Of a stretch of DNA of 64,000 bases, positions 42,699 through 56,672 are shown piece after piece. The notes below the pieces were generated by a model. That model worked only from the letters and a program-made list of their open reading frames with translations. It was not told the DNA's origin and did not search any database. The DNA is from the human T2T-CHM13v2.0 reference genome, Homo sapiens. Position numbers and translations under genes: made by a program. Within the stretch, counting starts at the first letter, position 1, and each line of letters opens with the position of its first letter. The stretch is from NCBI RefSeq assembly GCF_009914755.1, contig NC_060927.1, one strand, 5' to 3'.

Positions 42699-45600
42699 AT
42701 GAAAAAATGGCAATATCCCTTCTTGATATTTGCAATGCCTGTGATCATATGAAAGGTTCTGTGAAGTTGTACAGTTAAGATATTTAACTCTGTTTCACAA
42801 GTGTTTCCCAAACTTGCTTGACAGCAAAACCCCATTTTCAAATATTAGCATTTCATAAAACACAATTGGAAATATTGAGTTAGTGTGTAGCTTGTGTTCT
42901 GAGAGCTAAGCGGAGTTCTATTATCCATTCTCAAGCAGAAGTTTCAAATCTCTTCTCCGAGAATAAAAAACGTACAAAGTATCATTTATGATTGCCAGTT
43001 CATCTTTAGTTTCATTTTTTTTTTTTACTGAGCCAAAAAATAAAAACAAATAAACAACAGGCAAATGATTTAAAAAATATCGAATGTAGCTACTTCAATA
43101 TGTGAAAGATGAAACTCACATCTTGGTTTCATTCACTTTTAAAGGTCATCTGTCATGAGAACCAATCACTTTACGTAAGATTATAGATTATCTCCCATCC
43201 CTAATACACACACCACACACACACTGATAGTCTGTTGTGTGTCTATACAGTATAAATTAAGTATCAGGGCTGTATGCAGTGCCTGAACTGTATGGGCACC
43301 TGGAATGTCATTAGACTACTTTTTATGAGTTTTACTTTATTTTCTGTCTCTGCCTCTGTTAGTACGGAAGAGAAAGAGAAGGTTTCTTGCATAAAAGTTA
43401 AAAGAAAAAACCATACCAACTAACCAAACACAAACAAAAAATCCCCAGGGCTCCCTGTAGAACACAAGTTTTTCATACAAGACAGATAAAGAAGAACCTG
43501 GCAAAAAGGATCTGTCAATTTGTTGTAAGAGCTGGCTGAGAAGTTTTTCTTGCTGGTGGCTAGTAATTCAGAGGAATTGCTAACAACTAGTGTTATCCCT
43601 TGCTGCTGCGAGGCCTTAGCTACTAAAGTCCTATTAGGACATAAGTGTTAAACCTTATTCTGTGCAGGGCATATTTCTATTAGACCATGTGCGAAAGTGT
43701 AAAGCATGGGTAGTTTGCATTTTTCTCTTCTGTACAAGCTGCAGAGGACAGGGGTGGGAGTGAGTATATAGCCCTGCATAGTCTGGAAATTCCAGGCTTC
43801 TTTTGTTAACAGATGGTGGAATGGACAGAAGAGCTAAAATTTGCTAGTTATTTTTTAACATACTAATTTAGTCAGTTCAAATTTAATATTGACTTGTGAC
43901 AAGATATGTGGTGATCTCAGAAATGTGATTTAAGAAATTATCACCAAACAATTTAGCATTACCTCAGTATCGAATTACAAGCTTCAGAGTAAACCAAATC
44001 TCAATGATGAAACCATTAATGGTTTCCCTCTGTCCTCAAATATATATACTTACATTCTCAACAATTCACTGGCCATCGAGCTAGGGCTTTGTTTAATGCA
44101 AAATCTGGCCATGTGAGAAATACGGGCACTGAAGTGGAAAATATTTTTGCATTCTTCTGTGCCAGCGTTGCCCTTTTCTGTCAAGTTGCACACGCACGTG
44201 TCCACAATGGAAGCAATATTTACAAGCTGCAGTTTACATAATTCCAGGGAATGACTGTCTACTCTTCCACTGAAGAGAATTCCCTTGGCACCCCTGCTTG
44301 CCATTCAGTCCTGCTGGTTCGTTGGTTCTATTGTGTATCCTGCAGAGTGATACATTGCAGCATCTTTGCCTGTTGTAGCTGAAGTGGAGTCATCCATCAT
44401 TGCAATCACAGGAACTGAGGACCTTATGGACTGGGAGTAAATTATGAAGCTATGAGGAAGGTGATCATTTTTGCAGAAACAGCTATTTTATGTTCCTGTT
44501 TTCTATACTATCCTTTCTTTCTTGTCTGGGATAATGAAAGAGTAAAAGCCTTAGGACCAGTTTTTTCCTTTGGATTCATGCTGAAGGAAGAAAATACAAT
44601 CAATAAAAATGCACTTAATGAGCCTAAGATTGACTGGTCTTTTTCTGTTTATTTTGAATTTCAGGTGTAATTCTCTGTTGACCTGCTGTTAATGCTATGT
44701 AGCTGCGGATTTCCCAGATTTAAGTGTGTTATAAATGGATAAACTTCACCACGTGGGATGATTTAAAGTAACTGATTTGAGATCCAGGCTGGGCATGACA
44801 AAGGAAAAGTTGTCAATTACCTTTAGTGAATTTCAGTCATATAGAGTCAAACTAGATAACTCATTCTTTTCTTACCCTTTCATCTCTCCCCTTCTCCTGC
44901 AGTGAAAGCATCAATTAATGCCTGAAAATACAATCTGAATTCATAAGTTACTCCAAAATTTGTAATTTTTGCTTTATGTAATTTACGTAAGTCTTTATTG
45001 TATCCTAGTGAATTTAGAATCAGTTTAACATTCATAATATGGTAAAATATGGTTAGGTAATTTAAAGAAAAGTGACTTCCCAATACAATTTTAAAAATTA
45101 AAATGAAGATTAAATAATACAATTTATATAATGCCAATACATAACCAAGTGGACTGAATAGTTTTTCTTCCGTCAGTGATTCTACAGTTACACAGTTTGT
45201 TCTTGTAAAATCTATCAGTACTGATCTGCTTTGTCATTATTATACACTCAATGGCTATGTTCTAATAGATGAGTGTTACACTGTTACGAACACTTACTAC
45301 TTCTTTCATACAATTTTTATATCTAAGAAGTGATTATTTGCTTTATTAGAGAAGGCTAAATAGCTTCACTTTGAAGACTGACTTTCTTTAACATAAATAA
45401 TATGATGACTCTTCCATATAGTTACTTTGACATGGCTCTAATAGCAAAATTATGTCACGTATAAATCAACACCTAGTTAATGGAATCTAAATTAATATTT
45501 TAAATTCAGAAGGTACATTGTTTTTTACTGACAGTAAGATTTTAAGGCAACATTCTGATTAAATACTGCACACTGGAAAGAGACTAAACCTAGGTTACAT

Positions 45601-48261
45601 CTGGTTGCTGTATATGAAAGATAAATATTTAATGCAAATGAAACTAGCATTTTTGAAACAAATATTTACCTTTTATTTAGATTGACTGCACACATACGTT
45701 TTTTGTAGCATAGCTAATGAATGTTTATACAAAGTGCCAACATACACAGTGGTAATAAACTATAATGAAAATAAATGTTGGAAAAGAAATTAAACTTTCT
45801 TTGTATGGGGAAAAGTGTTTTTTATATGAAGCATAGCAAAGCAAGCTAATCCTACCATGTTTAAATGCAAATTTTATTGAGATGAATCAAAGGCAATGAA
45901 AGGCAGGCATAGTAGTTTTATTCTATTTTAAACTACTTTATTGTCTACAGCTGCTGTTTTTGAAGGACGCCAGTCTCTTATGCTTCATTGGCAGCAGACT
46001 GTATCCAGTCAATCTTTTACTAAGGAACAGAAAGTTCACTACCCTGAAGAATCCTTCCATCACTTTGCTTTAACCACTTAGCAAAATAACAAAAGGGTAA
46101 CTGTGTTAAAAAATTGTATTTCTATATTTTTAGTTAAAAGCTTAAAATTGGGGTGTTTAGAAATGTAGGACTTACAGGAGCACTAACTAAACAAAGATAG
46201 TTCTTGAAACTCTCTTACATGTTGCATTTGTCATTTTCAGTTGTGTGAAGGCGACACATCCAAGAGTAGTCTAGATGGAATACTTTTAAAAATTTCTAGA
46301 ATGAGCCTAAATCAGACGCTAGATAGACCAAGATTCTAGGATTTCACATGTCCTTGCAATGAAATATTGAGACTCCTATTTCAAAGATAGATTTATAGGC
46401 GTGTATGTAACCTAGGTTCCTCAAATTTCACACGAATATCCAAAACCAGATTAAATTCATATGGCTTTCTATATGAGACAGAGAAAAGCTTTGGATGTCC
46501 CACCTTTGTATGTCTGCTTTTACTAAAAGCTAAGTCACATAATCCAAAGTTTGTGGCCTCTGATGCTTAGCAAGTGTCTTTACTGTTTTTCTGTAAGATA
46601 GTTTCCAGATCTACAGCATAATTTAAAAGCAATTTATGTAATTGACAGAGCGAGAGATTCACATGTCATATCTTAAACAGTCATCTGGCTGACACGCACC
46701 CTAACATGACTAAACTCTTCCAGTAGTGCATTAATTTGCTGCATGAAGAATTAATAAAATTCATTGTTGAACTAGTTGCAACTAGGGAGGAATGTTAGTT
46801 TAATCCTTGGCATATATACATTTCAAATACGTGGACTACAGAGTACTTCACCTTACTTAAATATAGTATAATTAAGTCACTGTTTTTGAGCCTTATCATT
46901 CACTTGGAAAATAATTTCCACATATAAACTAACATAGCTAATCAAAATTTATACAAATTTGAGAGAAAATACACATAATGTCCACATCAGAAGCAAACAA
47001 AAAAGTACTCAGCATTGTCTGACTCTACTATTTCCTCTTCAGAATTTGGAAGTTTCACTCGGTATGTTTCTATGCTCAGTATCTTTATATCAAAGCACAA
47101 CTGTTCTGATATAAATGACAGGACCATGCATTGCTCTTCTTCCATCAACTCACTTGAAATTTTCTCACAAAATAGCCTTTAACTGTTACAAAACTTGATT
47201 TTTATGTTCCCAAGAGGAATCCCATTTTCTATTTGACGAACATTGGGATTATTGTTTCATAGGAAGGCAATCATTGTGGTGCCTTTCGCACCTGTGACTG
47301 ATTTTCTCCATTTACATGTTCCTACATATTGTTAATCCTTCCCTTGTGTACTGAAAAGGCATCTGGCATTAGTCAGTAGTGAAGTAAAGATCTTCTGTTT
47401 GCTTCAAAGATATGTTTAAGGCCCCATATCTCTGATGTAGAAAATGCATGGTTATTCATTTTTAAAGCCAGTTGTGTAATTTAAGATTGTTTTCTAAAAT
47501 CGAAACATTAAAATGCAGAAAACCAAAGCTTGAAAAGGGAAATTAACTTTTAGATAGCTGTATAATAGCAAAGGATTTCCACTTTCTGCAAGTTGAAATG
47601 ATGCTTAATAAAACATAATTTTTGCAAGAATTGGTGTATTTTATCAGATATATACTCTATCCAGCTTGTTTTTGTATTTTATATAATCACCAAAAATATA
47701 ATTACAAAACCCTTGTCAGAATGGGATTTTTACTGGGATCCTGGACAACAATGACATAAAAATACAATGTCAGAAGTGTAGGAATATCTCTAGGACATCT
47801 ACAAATGATAAGGAAATTTCCAAATACCCTGTGTCCAGAGGTATGCCCAGAAAAGTCCTCCTTTTGATCTAAGTAACTGACAGTCTTTAGAATCCCAGGT
47901 TAAACTTCCCCCTGAATATTTCTTGGACTTTTCATGTAGTCTACTACCTCTAGTACTTTTTATCTGCTTCAACCCTAGTGAAATATTGAATAAACTTGTC
48001 TCAAGAATCAGACAAATGATCACCCAGCACTGCCTTAGTTTTAATTTCTGTGCAGTGATTTTTGCAACTTATGGAATTGGAACCAATGTCAAGACTTGGT
48101 CAACTGTGGTCATTTATTTACACCAGACAGGGCTAGAAGGCACAGTGAGAACAGCCAATGGATACCCTGAATTTAAAAGCTCAACTAAGAAAATCAGATC
48201 TGCAGCCATGAAGAAATCAAGAGTCTTGTTATGATTCAAGATATGGATGGAGTGTCCACAA

Positions 48262-48408
48262 AATTTAAGCTCTATGAGGGCGGTTCTATGAGTTCATAGA
48301 ATTTAAGTTCTATGAGAGCAGGTATTTTTGTCTGCTTTATTCACTGCCGTAATTACAGTAGAACATAGTTGGTGCCCGATAGACATTTGTTCAATGAATG
48401 GGTGAATC
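48262..48408 (+). mobile_element. L2 3' end with a local micro-rearrangement
   Basis: TAAGTTCTATGAGAGCAGG...TTATTCACTG...ATTTGTTCAATGAATGGGTGAAT. Confidence 0.7.
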
Positions 48409-49500
48409 AATATTATATACAACATGAGAACAAAAAACAGAGCAGATAGTAAAACAGAAGATGATAGCCAAGAAGAAAGATCAGGAACTAGAAGTCAAAC
48501 TAGTTGGTAAAATATAAATCAAGCAAGCAGTCACACAGACAAGAATAAGAAAACCCCAAAATATGAGAGCAAGACAGTCAATGAAGTACTTGAGCATAAT
48601 AAAGATGACCTTTTTGGGAGTACTTGCTATGTGTAGGTATTGCTCTAAGTATTTTACACATGCTACTTCTTTTTGCCCCTCACATTATCCTACTATCATC
48701 ATGTTACAGAGAGGAATGTAAGTCACGAGAAGACTCCATCTTGTTTAAGGTCTCTATTTTAGAAAGTGGTAAAAATTGCATTTGAGTCAGAGCTTCTGCC
48801 CCTGCTATACTGCCTCCCTTTGGACTCCCTGAATATAATGAATATTAAATGGAGGCTGGCATAGGAAGCAGAGAAATGGATGCACAACAGTAGGAAAAGA
48901 ACTTGATTTCTAGCCAAACATTGAGGCCAGCCAGGAAAATTAATAAATCGGATTACTGTTTGGGCAGACACGAAACCTAAGGCTTAATAGACCCAGGAAT
49001 TCTTATTGGAACAACACATTGGAAGCACATGGTAAGATATGGACAGATTATGATAGCAGGTTGTTTTTGTCTTTTATGTCATACTTCAACCACTTTAATT
49101 TTCTTAGTCCAGTAAATTCCATTTTGTGACCATGAAACAATTTGTGGATTACCAAAAATCAGTATTTACATTTTAGTTCCTGATCTGTTGGTTGATTAAA
49201 TATATAAGATAAAACACTCCTAAAAAGAGAGTAATTGTTTTTCTATTCACTTGCATTTTGTACTTTCTAGGAGAATGTGTATAATTTGAAAAAGTAAAAC
49301 AAACAAACAAAAAACCCATACATTTAAGACATATTATTTACTTGATTAATTGGTCCACTGTTGTGAATTTGGATTGTTGAACCATTGGATGAAATCAGAT
49401 GGCCACAGAAATGTAATATAAAGAGTTGACTTTAAGCTGTATTAGGATAACTACCACTCATTAAGTTGTCATTTGTTATCTGCTTGTATATTAATTAGCG

Positions 49501-49765
49501 CAGGTTTTCTCAACCTTGGCACAGTTGATATTCTGGGTAAGGTAATTCTTTGCTGTGGGGGACTGCATTTTAGGATGTTTAGCAGCATCCTGGTTTCTAC
49601 TCACTAGATGCCAGTAGCAAGCCCTTATAATTATGAGTGAGGTGCTTAGGGCACAGAATTTAATGTTGTCTCGGATTGTACCTTACCTCACTGTGGTCCC
49701 ATATGTGACAAAAAATGTCAAATGTTCCTTTAAGGGAAAGAAAAATTCTACTCACTGAACCACTA
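49501..49765 (-). mobile_element. MER20 hAT-Charlie element with an internal insertion
   Basis: TTTCTCAACCTTGGCAC...TAATTCTTTGCTGTGGGG...AGGATGTTTAGCAGCATCC...CACTAGATGCCAGTAGCA...GAACCACT. Confidence 0.85.
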
Positions 49766-52700
49766 AGTTAGAGGAATACTAATAGTCTTATCAACTACAT
49801 TACAAAATGTGTAAATGGGATCTATAATATAAAAGCTTATTTCTCATTCATATAATAGTCCAAATATGTATCACTTGCCATGAGAGACTTTTTCAACGTG
49901 AACATTCAGAGACCCCGGTTATTTGCACATTGTGCCTCCAATATATATTCTGAGCCTCTTATTTTCTGCTGGTAGAGGGGGAAAGAGATAAATGAAAGAC
50001 ATGATGTTCTGCTGGTCATTGAAAGGGCAAACACATGACTTGAAAGCTGTATCTCAGATGTATCAGACTTTGACTCAAAGTCATTGGCTACAACACAGTC
50101 ACATGGCTATTCCAAGGAGATCTGCAAAATGTAGTCTAGCTGTGAGCCCAGTATAAAGAAGAAACACATATTTTAATGAACAGTGTGTTCATACACCCTA
50201 GAGAGCATAGAAGCAATGTTTGTGTGAATAAAGAGAGACAGAAGGGGAGCGGGAAGAAATATGCCTCCTAAAACTGGAAATGATTCAAAAGCACATTGAT
50301 AGACAAATGAATAAATAAGTTGGAATGCATTCACCCAATGGAATATATGCAGCCGTAAAAAAAATGACCTATAGCTAAACATGACATCAGGGATGAACCT
50401 TTGGAAGCATCAAGACAAACTAGCAAGTCCTGGAAGATCACACTATTATATCTAACTATAAAATTTAAAAACAATCCCAAAATTCTTCAATATACTCTTT
50501 AGGCACATGATAAAACTAGAGCAAGAAATTGGTAAACACAGAATGCAGAATAGCAGTTATCTTTTAAAAAAGACACAAGGTGGGGTGGGATAGGACAATG
50601 GCACAATGGGAGATGCAAGTTATTGGAAATGGTCTTGTTTGAAGGCTGAGTGATGGGCTTAATGTTATGCTTCATATTATTTTCTTAGTAACTTAAGTGT
50701 ATTATTGTTTATGCATAAATAATGCATTACAATAGAAAATATTAATACCAAAAGATCAAAACAGAACACATTAGTATTTATTTAGTATGGAGCATCATAT
50801 ATTTTCTGAGAATTTGCCAATGGCAAATTTAACCCAATTGTTAAAGCATTAGAACTTGTACTGCTAGTTATTGTTAAAACCTTCTTAAGACAGGACAAAG
50901 CAGTTAATTTCCAGTATGAATTTCTGGTATTATATTTCAGTTTAGCTTTAATCACTGTTATTTTGTGATTTATTTTGATTATGGCGCATTAGTTTTAATA
51001 TTAAGATTTGTTATCACACTGTTTTGAATAACATGGAGGAAATTGTTTTTCACTCTGTTATGTGCTTGAAAACGTGATTTTATTATTTCAGAGAAGAGTT
51101 TTTACCTCGAATATTTTAAAATTTTAATGCTGTCTAAGGCAAGAGAAAAATACAGAAGTATGCTTTATGTTAAACTCTACTAGTATAATATACTTAACTT
51201 GATGAGGAACATAAAAAGAAAAAAAACTTTATTGAGTATGCTGTTGAAAATAGCCGATCTATGCACTGAAGAGTTAATTCATATTGGAATGAAAAACCAA
51301 GAAATAATCTTTTGGAACGCAAATATAGAGAAATTGCATCAATTTACCAAGATCAATGTTGTTTGTCTGTGGGCCAATTAGTTGACAAACCCTTATTATA
51401 TTCAAATACCTTCAATTTAGTTACCAAATTAGAATGTGGGCTTGGATGCTGTCTAAGCTGAGGACTTCCTTTCACCTTCTCAGATCCCAGTTTGATGTAT
51501 TCTTTCATTTTCAATTTGGAATCTATTGCTGATCATAAGTACTGATCACATTCTAGGGCCTCGTGGAAAGAAAAAAAAAGGTGCAAGAAATTCACTTAAT
51601 CCTTCTTTTTCCTTTTCTCCTCTAATATCATAGGATACAGAATCAGAGAAATGTCTCATAATTTAATTAGCAATTTTATAAGACTGTATTAATGACGTAA
51701 TATATGAGAGTATTTTAAAAGAGATTTCACATGAAGTAAAAAATACCCACTACATACCCATAAAAATTTAAAACACAGACTTCTATTCCCAGTAACATTT
51801 AGTTATCATTTAGGTTTGAGCATTCAAAGACATGCATATTGTTCAAGCATCCTTTTTTTTTTGGTAAAAGTACACACAAAATCTCAAGCAAATAAATTTG
51901 CATAGGGATGGTCATGATATTTTGACAAGTTTAGGATGGATAAATATAAAACTGATGCAGAAACTGTGATGCCTGACAGACGTTGGTGTTTGCTTCATTA
52001 TTGTCATGGAAATTGTGTATAAAAATAAATTTGACAAGCTTTGTTATGTTTGGTGCAATTGAAAAAGTTGTTTGTGTAATTCCTTTGATGATTAACTGAC
52101 TAGAGTTTTAATGATGCCATTGAAGAGAAAAACAATGAAGCATCATTCCTAGCAACTGGTACCCAGTAGCATAGAAAATGATCCACATTTGGCAAATTTA
52201 CCTTGAATACAGCTATTGGATGAACATAAAATTTGAAGAGTTGGAAGAAAAATGAGATATGGAGTCTAGCATTTATAATGAATTATCAAATGTGAGTAAT
52301 TGCACTCAGTTTAACCAAAACACTTAGATTTTTGAAGCTGACTCATCATTTTAATAATTTCCTTTTAAAAGCTGTTTTACGCCTAAAAAAATCCATATAA
52401 CATCAAAGTGCTTTGAGACACAATCTCTGCTATTTCTTTCGTTAGATACGGAAAAAGTGAAATTTCAAGTAAAATATTCCCTGAAAAAAAAAATCTATTT
52501 TTGCATGATATAGTGATTACCACACTATTTATTCTGACTGTCTGAGTTTATGATCTGGCTCTACCTAGTAGCAATTGTGTATTCATAAAGCAGTTTTTGG
52601 AGAAAAATTTGGTTCACAGAAGCAACATTTGCCAAAGAGAAAGAGCATGAGATTATAAGCAGGATGGAGGTTAGACAGAAAAGGAAAAATCTTGATTTCA

Positions 52701-55229
52701 CCCTTGCTAATATGCTAGTTGTTCAGGGCTATGACCCGGAGCCCATGACCTGTGAACTTAAACTCAACTGGCATAATTCTCCCTATCAGGGATAACCATG
52801 GTATCTGATTTTATCACTTCTACAGGGGAACAATATTACCAATACACACTATTGCTCTCTCTCAAAGAATAGATGGCATTCATAAAACAATTGCCTTTTC
52901 CTAGATTTATAAGAAAAGAGAGTACAATAAGGCACTTGTTTGATGTGACTCTCCTTTTTGATTTGCGTCTTCTAAACTTAATTTTGATTTCCCCTCTATG
53001 CCTAGTGTTTATTGGAACAACTATGTTCCATTAGGTAGAAAGAAAGATTTTTATATACTGGGATTTACAAACCCTTATATCTTGTTTTATTTATTTTTAT
53101 TTGTTTAATTAATTAATTTAATTAACCAGAAACACTAAGAGATAGATAACAGCTGGGCATTAAAAAATAAAGTAATACATAAAAATTTCAACTGCACTGG
53201 GTGAATTTAAGACTTGGGCAATAGTAAACCAAGCTGTGAGGCATTTTGAATTTTCAGGATCACATTACGCAGTTGTGTCAGGAGACTATTTACTGGTGAG
53301 CAGAGACACCAAAAATGTAGGCCTTTTTAGCCTTCTAAAATTTGTGTTTATCATTCTATAGAATTTCAAAATTTTTACTGCATGTGTTTCTATTCTTAAA
53401 TGTTTTGTTCAGTTTTGCATGTTTTTGAATGCATATAAATGAAATCATACTATAAATATTCTTCAAATACAGGCTTTTTAAATTAATTGTCTCTAAGATT
53501 TGACCATATTGTTCCATTTAGCCATTATTCACTGGTTCTCCTTCTAACTCGTATTCAATTTTCTGGATATAACACAATTTATTTATCATTCTTTGTTTAT
53601 AGATATTTGAATGTGTTCATTTTTTCTTAATGCAAACAGTGTTACTTAAACATTGTCATAGTTTTCTCCTGGTTATATACAGGTAGCTGTTTCTAGTTAT
53701 ATACAGTTACTATGGTCTAATATTTGACCCCAACGCAAAACAAGAAATTCGTTTTACTTGGCAGTCAAATAAACCAAAATTTTCACAAACATCACAAGTA
53801 ATCCTCATTCAATGCAGTCTCATATTTTTATTCTATTGTATTATATTTATACTCTATACCACGTTATTTTAGGTCGCTAACTTTCTGGTCACTCTCCAAA
53901 GGCCACAACCACAAAGCCAAGAGCGTAAAAGTTCTAGTATATTTAACCTGACAAATGAATTCAGTTGAAGGCTGGTTGACTTTTACACCCATCTATTTGA
54001 GAGTCCTCTTTTACTGAACATTACTGGACACTAGATTTCCTGCCAGATGGGCATCTTGTAAGTATGCTGCATATATACAAATGTATAGACACATTTTTAC
54101 ACATACACACACAGGATTACTTGTCAATTTCAGCAGGAGTGTAGTATCTAGTCTGCAGTGTGGCTAGAAATGGAAGTCCTCACTTTTTGGAATCTTAGGC
54201 AGTGAGACACACATTGGAATTTTGTATTTCCGGAAGTACTAGATGACCTTGTTTTGGAAAAATTTCCCATTAAAAACAAACAGAAAATAGACAAAATATA
54301 AAAACATAAAATTGTAGCTATTGGTAGAGATTAGAGATTTACCAAGGCAGCAAGAAATTAGAACACAATCCCACAGAGTAGCAAAGTCCAAGTTCTCAAG
54401 GAGAAACTATCTGTAGACATTTGCTACTACTTCCCCTGCCCCTAGTCATTTGCTTACTTAAAAGCAGCAGCTGAAAGGCTGAGAGCAATTCAAATGTAAA
54501 CATAGGGGTAAATGGAAATGTTTATTGGATGTATAAGGCAATGATAAAAGAAGCATTTTGGCAATACACACATCACATAGTAATAATAGCACAAAAGATG
54601 GGAGGAAAAAATGAAATCAAAGTAATACAGTCCTTATGTTTTCTCAGAAGTGGTAATAGCATTAATAATATTAGATTTTAACAGGGCAAAAAACACATTG
54701 AAATCATGGGGACAATCCCAAATGGAGATTTAAAGAATATATAGCTTACACGCTAAGTAGGAGAATGGGATTAAGCAATAAAGGGCAGCTACCAAAAAAC
54801 TACATCAATTATTACAGTTACTGGGAAAATAATAAATTTTTTTTTCCCTGAGAGCTTGGAAATGAATGAGAATATCTTCTATTACTATTTATTTTCCACA
54901 TCATATTCAACACTATATTAGAAGTTCTAGCCAGTGCAATAAAGAAACAAAAGGTATAAAAATGAAAAGGAAGTAGAGAGCTCATTATCTGTAAGTGACA
55001 CAACTGTGTAGGTAAAATATGTAAATGAATCTACATATGAACTTAAAATTAATAAGTATATTTAGCAAGGTCAGCGAACTCAAGATCAATATTAATTATA
55101 CTTCTATATGCCAGCAATAAATAACTAAAATTATGTTTAAAATTTATACCACTTATAAAAGCATAAAAGTTATACATAATACAAGAAACTTAATGAATAT
55201 CCACCAAAATGACTAAAATTTAAAATACT

Positions 55230-55399
55230 GGCCAGGCATGGTGGCACACACCTGCAGTCCCAACTACTTGGGAGCCTGAAGTAGGACTGTCACTTCAGCC
55301 TGGGAGGTCGAGGCTGCAGTGAACCATGATCGCACCACTGCACTCCAGCCTGGGTGACAGAGCAAGACCTTGTCTCTAAAAAAATAATAAAATAAAATA
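55230..55399 (+). mobile_element. FRAM / AluJ right-arm monomer
   Basis: Single Alu arm GGCCAGGCATGGTGGC...GAGGTCGAGGCTGCAGTGAACCATGATCG followed by an A tail. Confidence 0.85.
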
Positions 55400-55686
55400 G
55401 GCTGGGAGGGGTGGCTCACGCTTGTAATCCTAGCACTTTGGGAGGCTGAGGCAGGCAGATCACCTGAGGTCAGGAGTTCGAGACCAGCCTAGCCAACCCC
55501 GTCTCTACTAAAAATACAAAAATCAGCCAGGCATGGTGGTGCTTGCCTGTAATCCCAGCTACTTGGGAGGCTGAGGCAGGAGAATTGCTTGAACCAGGAG
55601 GCGGAGATTGCAGTGAGCGGAGATCGTGCCACTGCACTCCAGCCTGGGTGACAGAGCAAGACTCCGTCTAAAAGAAAAAAAGTAAC
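55400..55686 (+). mobile_element. AluSx-like element inserted in the monomer's A tail
   Basis: Dimeric Alu (GATCACCTGAGGTCAGGAG) flanked by (TAAAA)n. About 10 bp missing at GCCAAC^CCCGTCTC. Confidence 0.92.
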
Positions 55687-56410
55687 TAAAATAAAATAAA
55701 ATAAAATAAAATAAAATAAATACTAACAATTGTAAGTGTTAGAGAGAATGTGGAGCAATCAGAAGTCTTTTAGCCTGTAGCAAACCCACTGTTAGTATAC
55801 AGGCAAAAGAGAAGCTTATAGTTGCTTGCCAAGGGTTTGCAGCAGCATTATTTGTAATATCCCCAAATTGAAAATAGCCTAAATATCCATCAATAGTAGA
55901 TGACTGATAATAAACAAATTGTGGCATATTCTAAAATACAACACCAAATAGCAATGAAAATTAACTTACTAGGGCTACCTATAACAATATGTGTGAATCT
56001 CACAAAATGTTATTAAAATAACGAGTCCTAACACAGATATAAATTTTTTGATTCCATTTTATAAAAGTTAGCAAAACTTATCTATGTAGATAGGAGTCAA
56101 GATAACTGTTAACATGGAGGAGGAAGGCTAGAGATAATAACTGAGTGAGGACATCAGAGTGACTTCTAAGGTCCTAGTAATATTCTATTTCTTAATCTAG
56201 GTGGATATGGGAAAGGCTAGAAATGAATTTTTATTAATAATCCTTATTTTTCACCCCTCTCTCTAACTGAGCCCTTTGTCATATGACTTTAGAGTTTCTC
56301 TGATAAAGGCAGAATGTAGCTCCTTATATGATGTGTTTTGGTTAACAGAACGAGGCAGAAATTAAGGTATGTCTGTTCAAAGCCTAGGCTTCAAAGGCCC
56401 TCATACACTT

Positions 56411-56570
56411 TTTAAAAATATTTCATTTTAAATTTTTGTGGGTATATAATAGATGTTTAAATATCTCATGAGGTACGTGAGATACATTGATAGAGGCAGG
56501 CAATGTATAATAATCACATCATGGGAAACGGGGTATCCATTTCCTTAAGCATTTATCCTTTGTGTTAGAG
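56411..56570 (-). mobile_element. L1MA1/2-like extreme 3' end (3' part of the U6/L1 chimera)
   Basis: The - strand reads TAACACAAAGGATAAATGCTT...GGATACCCC...CCATGATGTGATTATT...TACCCACAAAAATT followed by an A-rich tail. Confidence 0.85.
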
Positions 56571-56672
56571 AAATCTGCAATGCTTCACGAATTTGTGTGT
56601 CATCCTTGCGCAGAGGCTATGCTAATCTCCATATCATTTCAATTTTAGTGTATGTGCTGCTGAGGTCAGCAC
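56571..56672 (-). pseudogene. Full-length U6 snRNA retropseudogene (5' part of the chimera)
   Basis: The - strand reads GTGCTGACCTCAGCAGCACATACACTAAAATTGAAATGATATGGAGATTAGCATAGCCTCTGCGCAAGGATGACACACAAATTCGTGAAGCATTGCAGATTT, collinear with U6. The ACAGAGA box is destroyed. Confidence 0.95.

Larger units (their letters stand above)
54790..56205 (+). mobile_element. Old L1M (L1ME-like) ORF2/3' remnants, interrupted by Alus
   Basis: ATTCAACACTATATTAGAAGTTCTAGCCAGTGCAATAA...TTTAGCAAGGTCAG; GCAGCATTATTTGTAATA...AAATATCCATCAATAGTAGA. Confidence 0.65.

Noticed and set aside
46772-46785. 14-bp perfect palindrome CTAGTTGCAACTAG
   Set aside because: About four such palindromes are expected by chance in 64 kb (64000/4^7).
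56571-56672. Functional U6 snRNA gene
   Set aside because: Many substitutions, ACAGAGA box lost, and the upstream flank is LTR sequence rather than a PSE/TATA promoter. It also has a TSD and an L1 tail.
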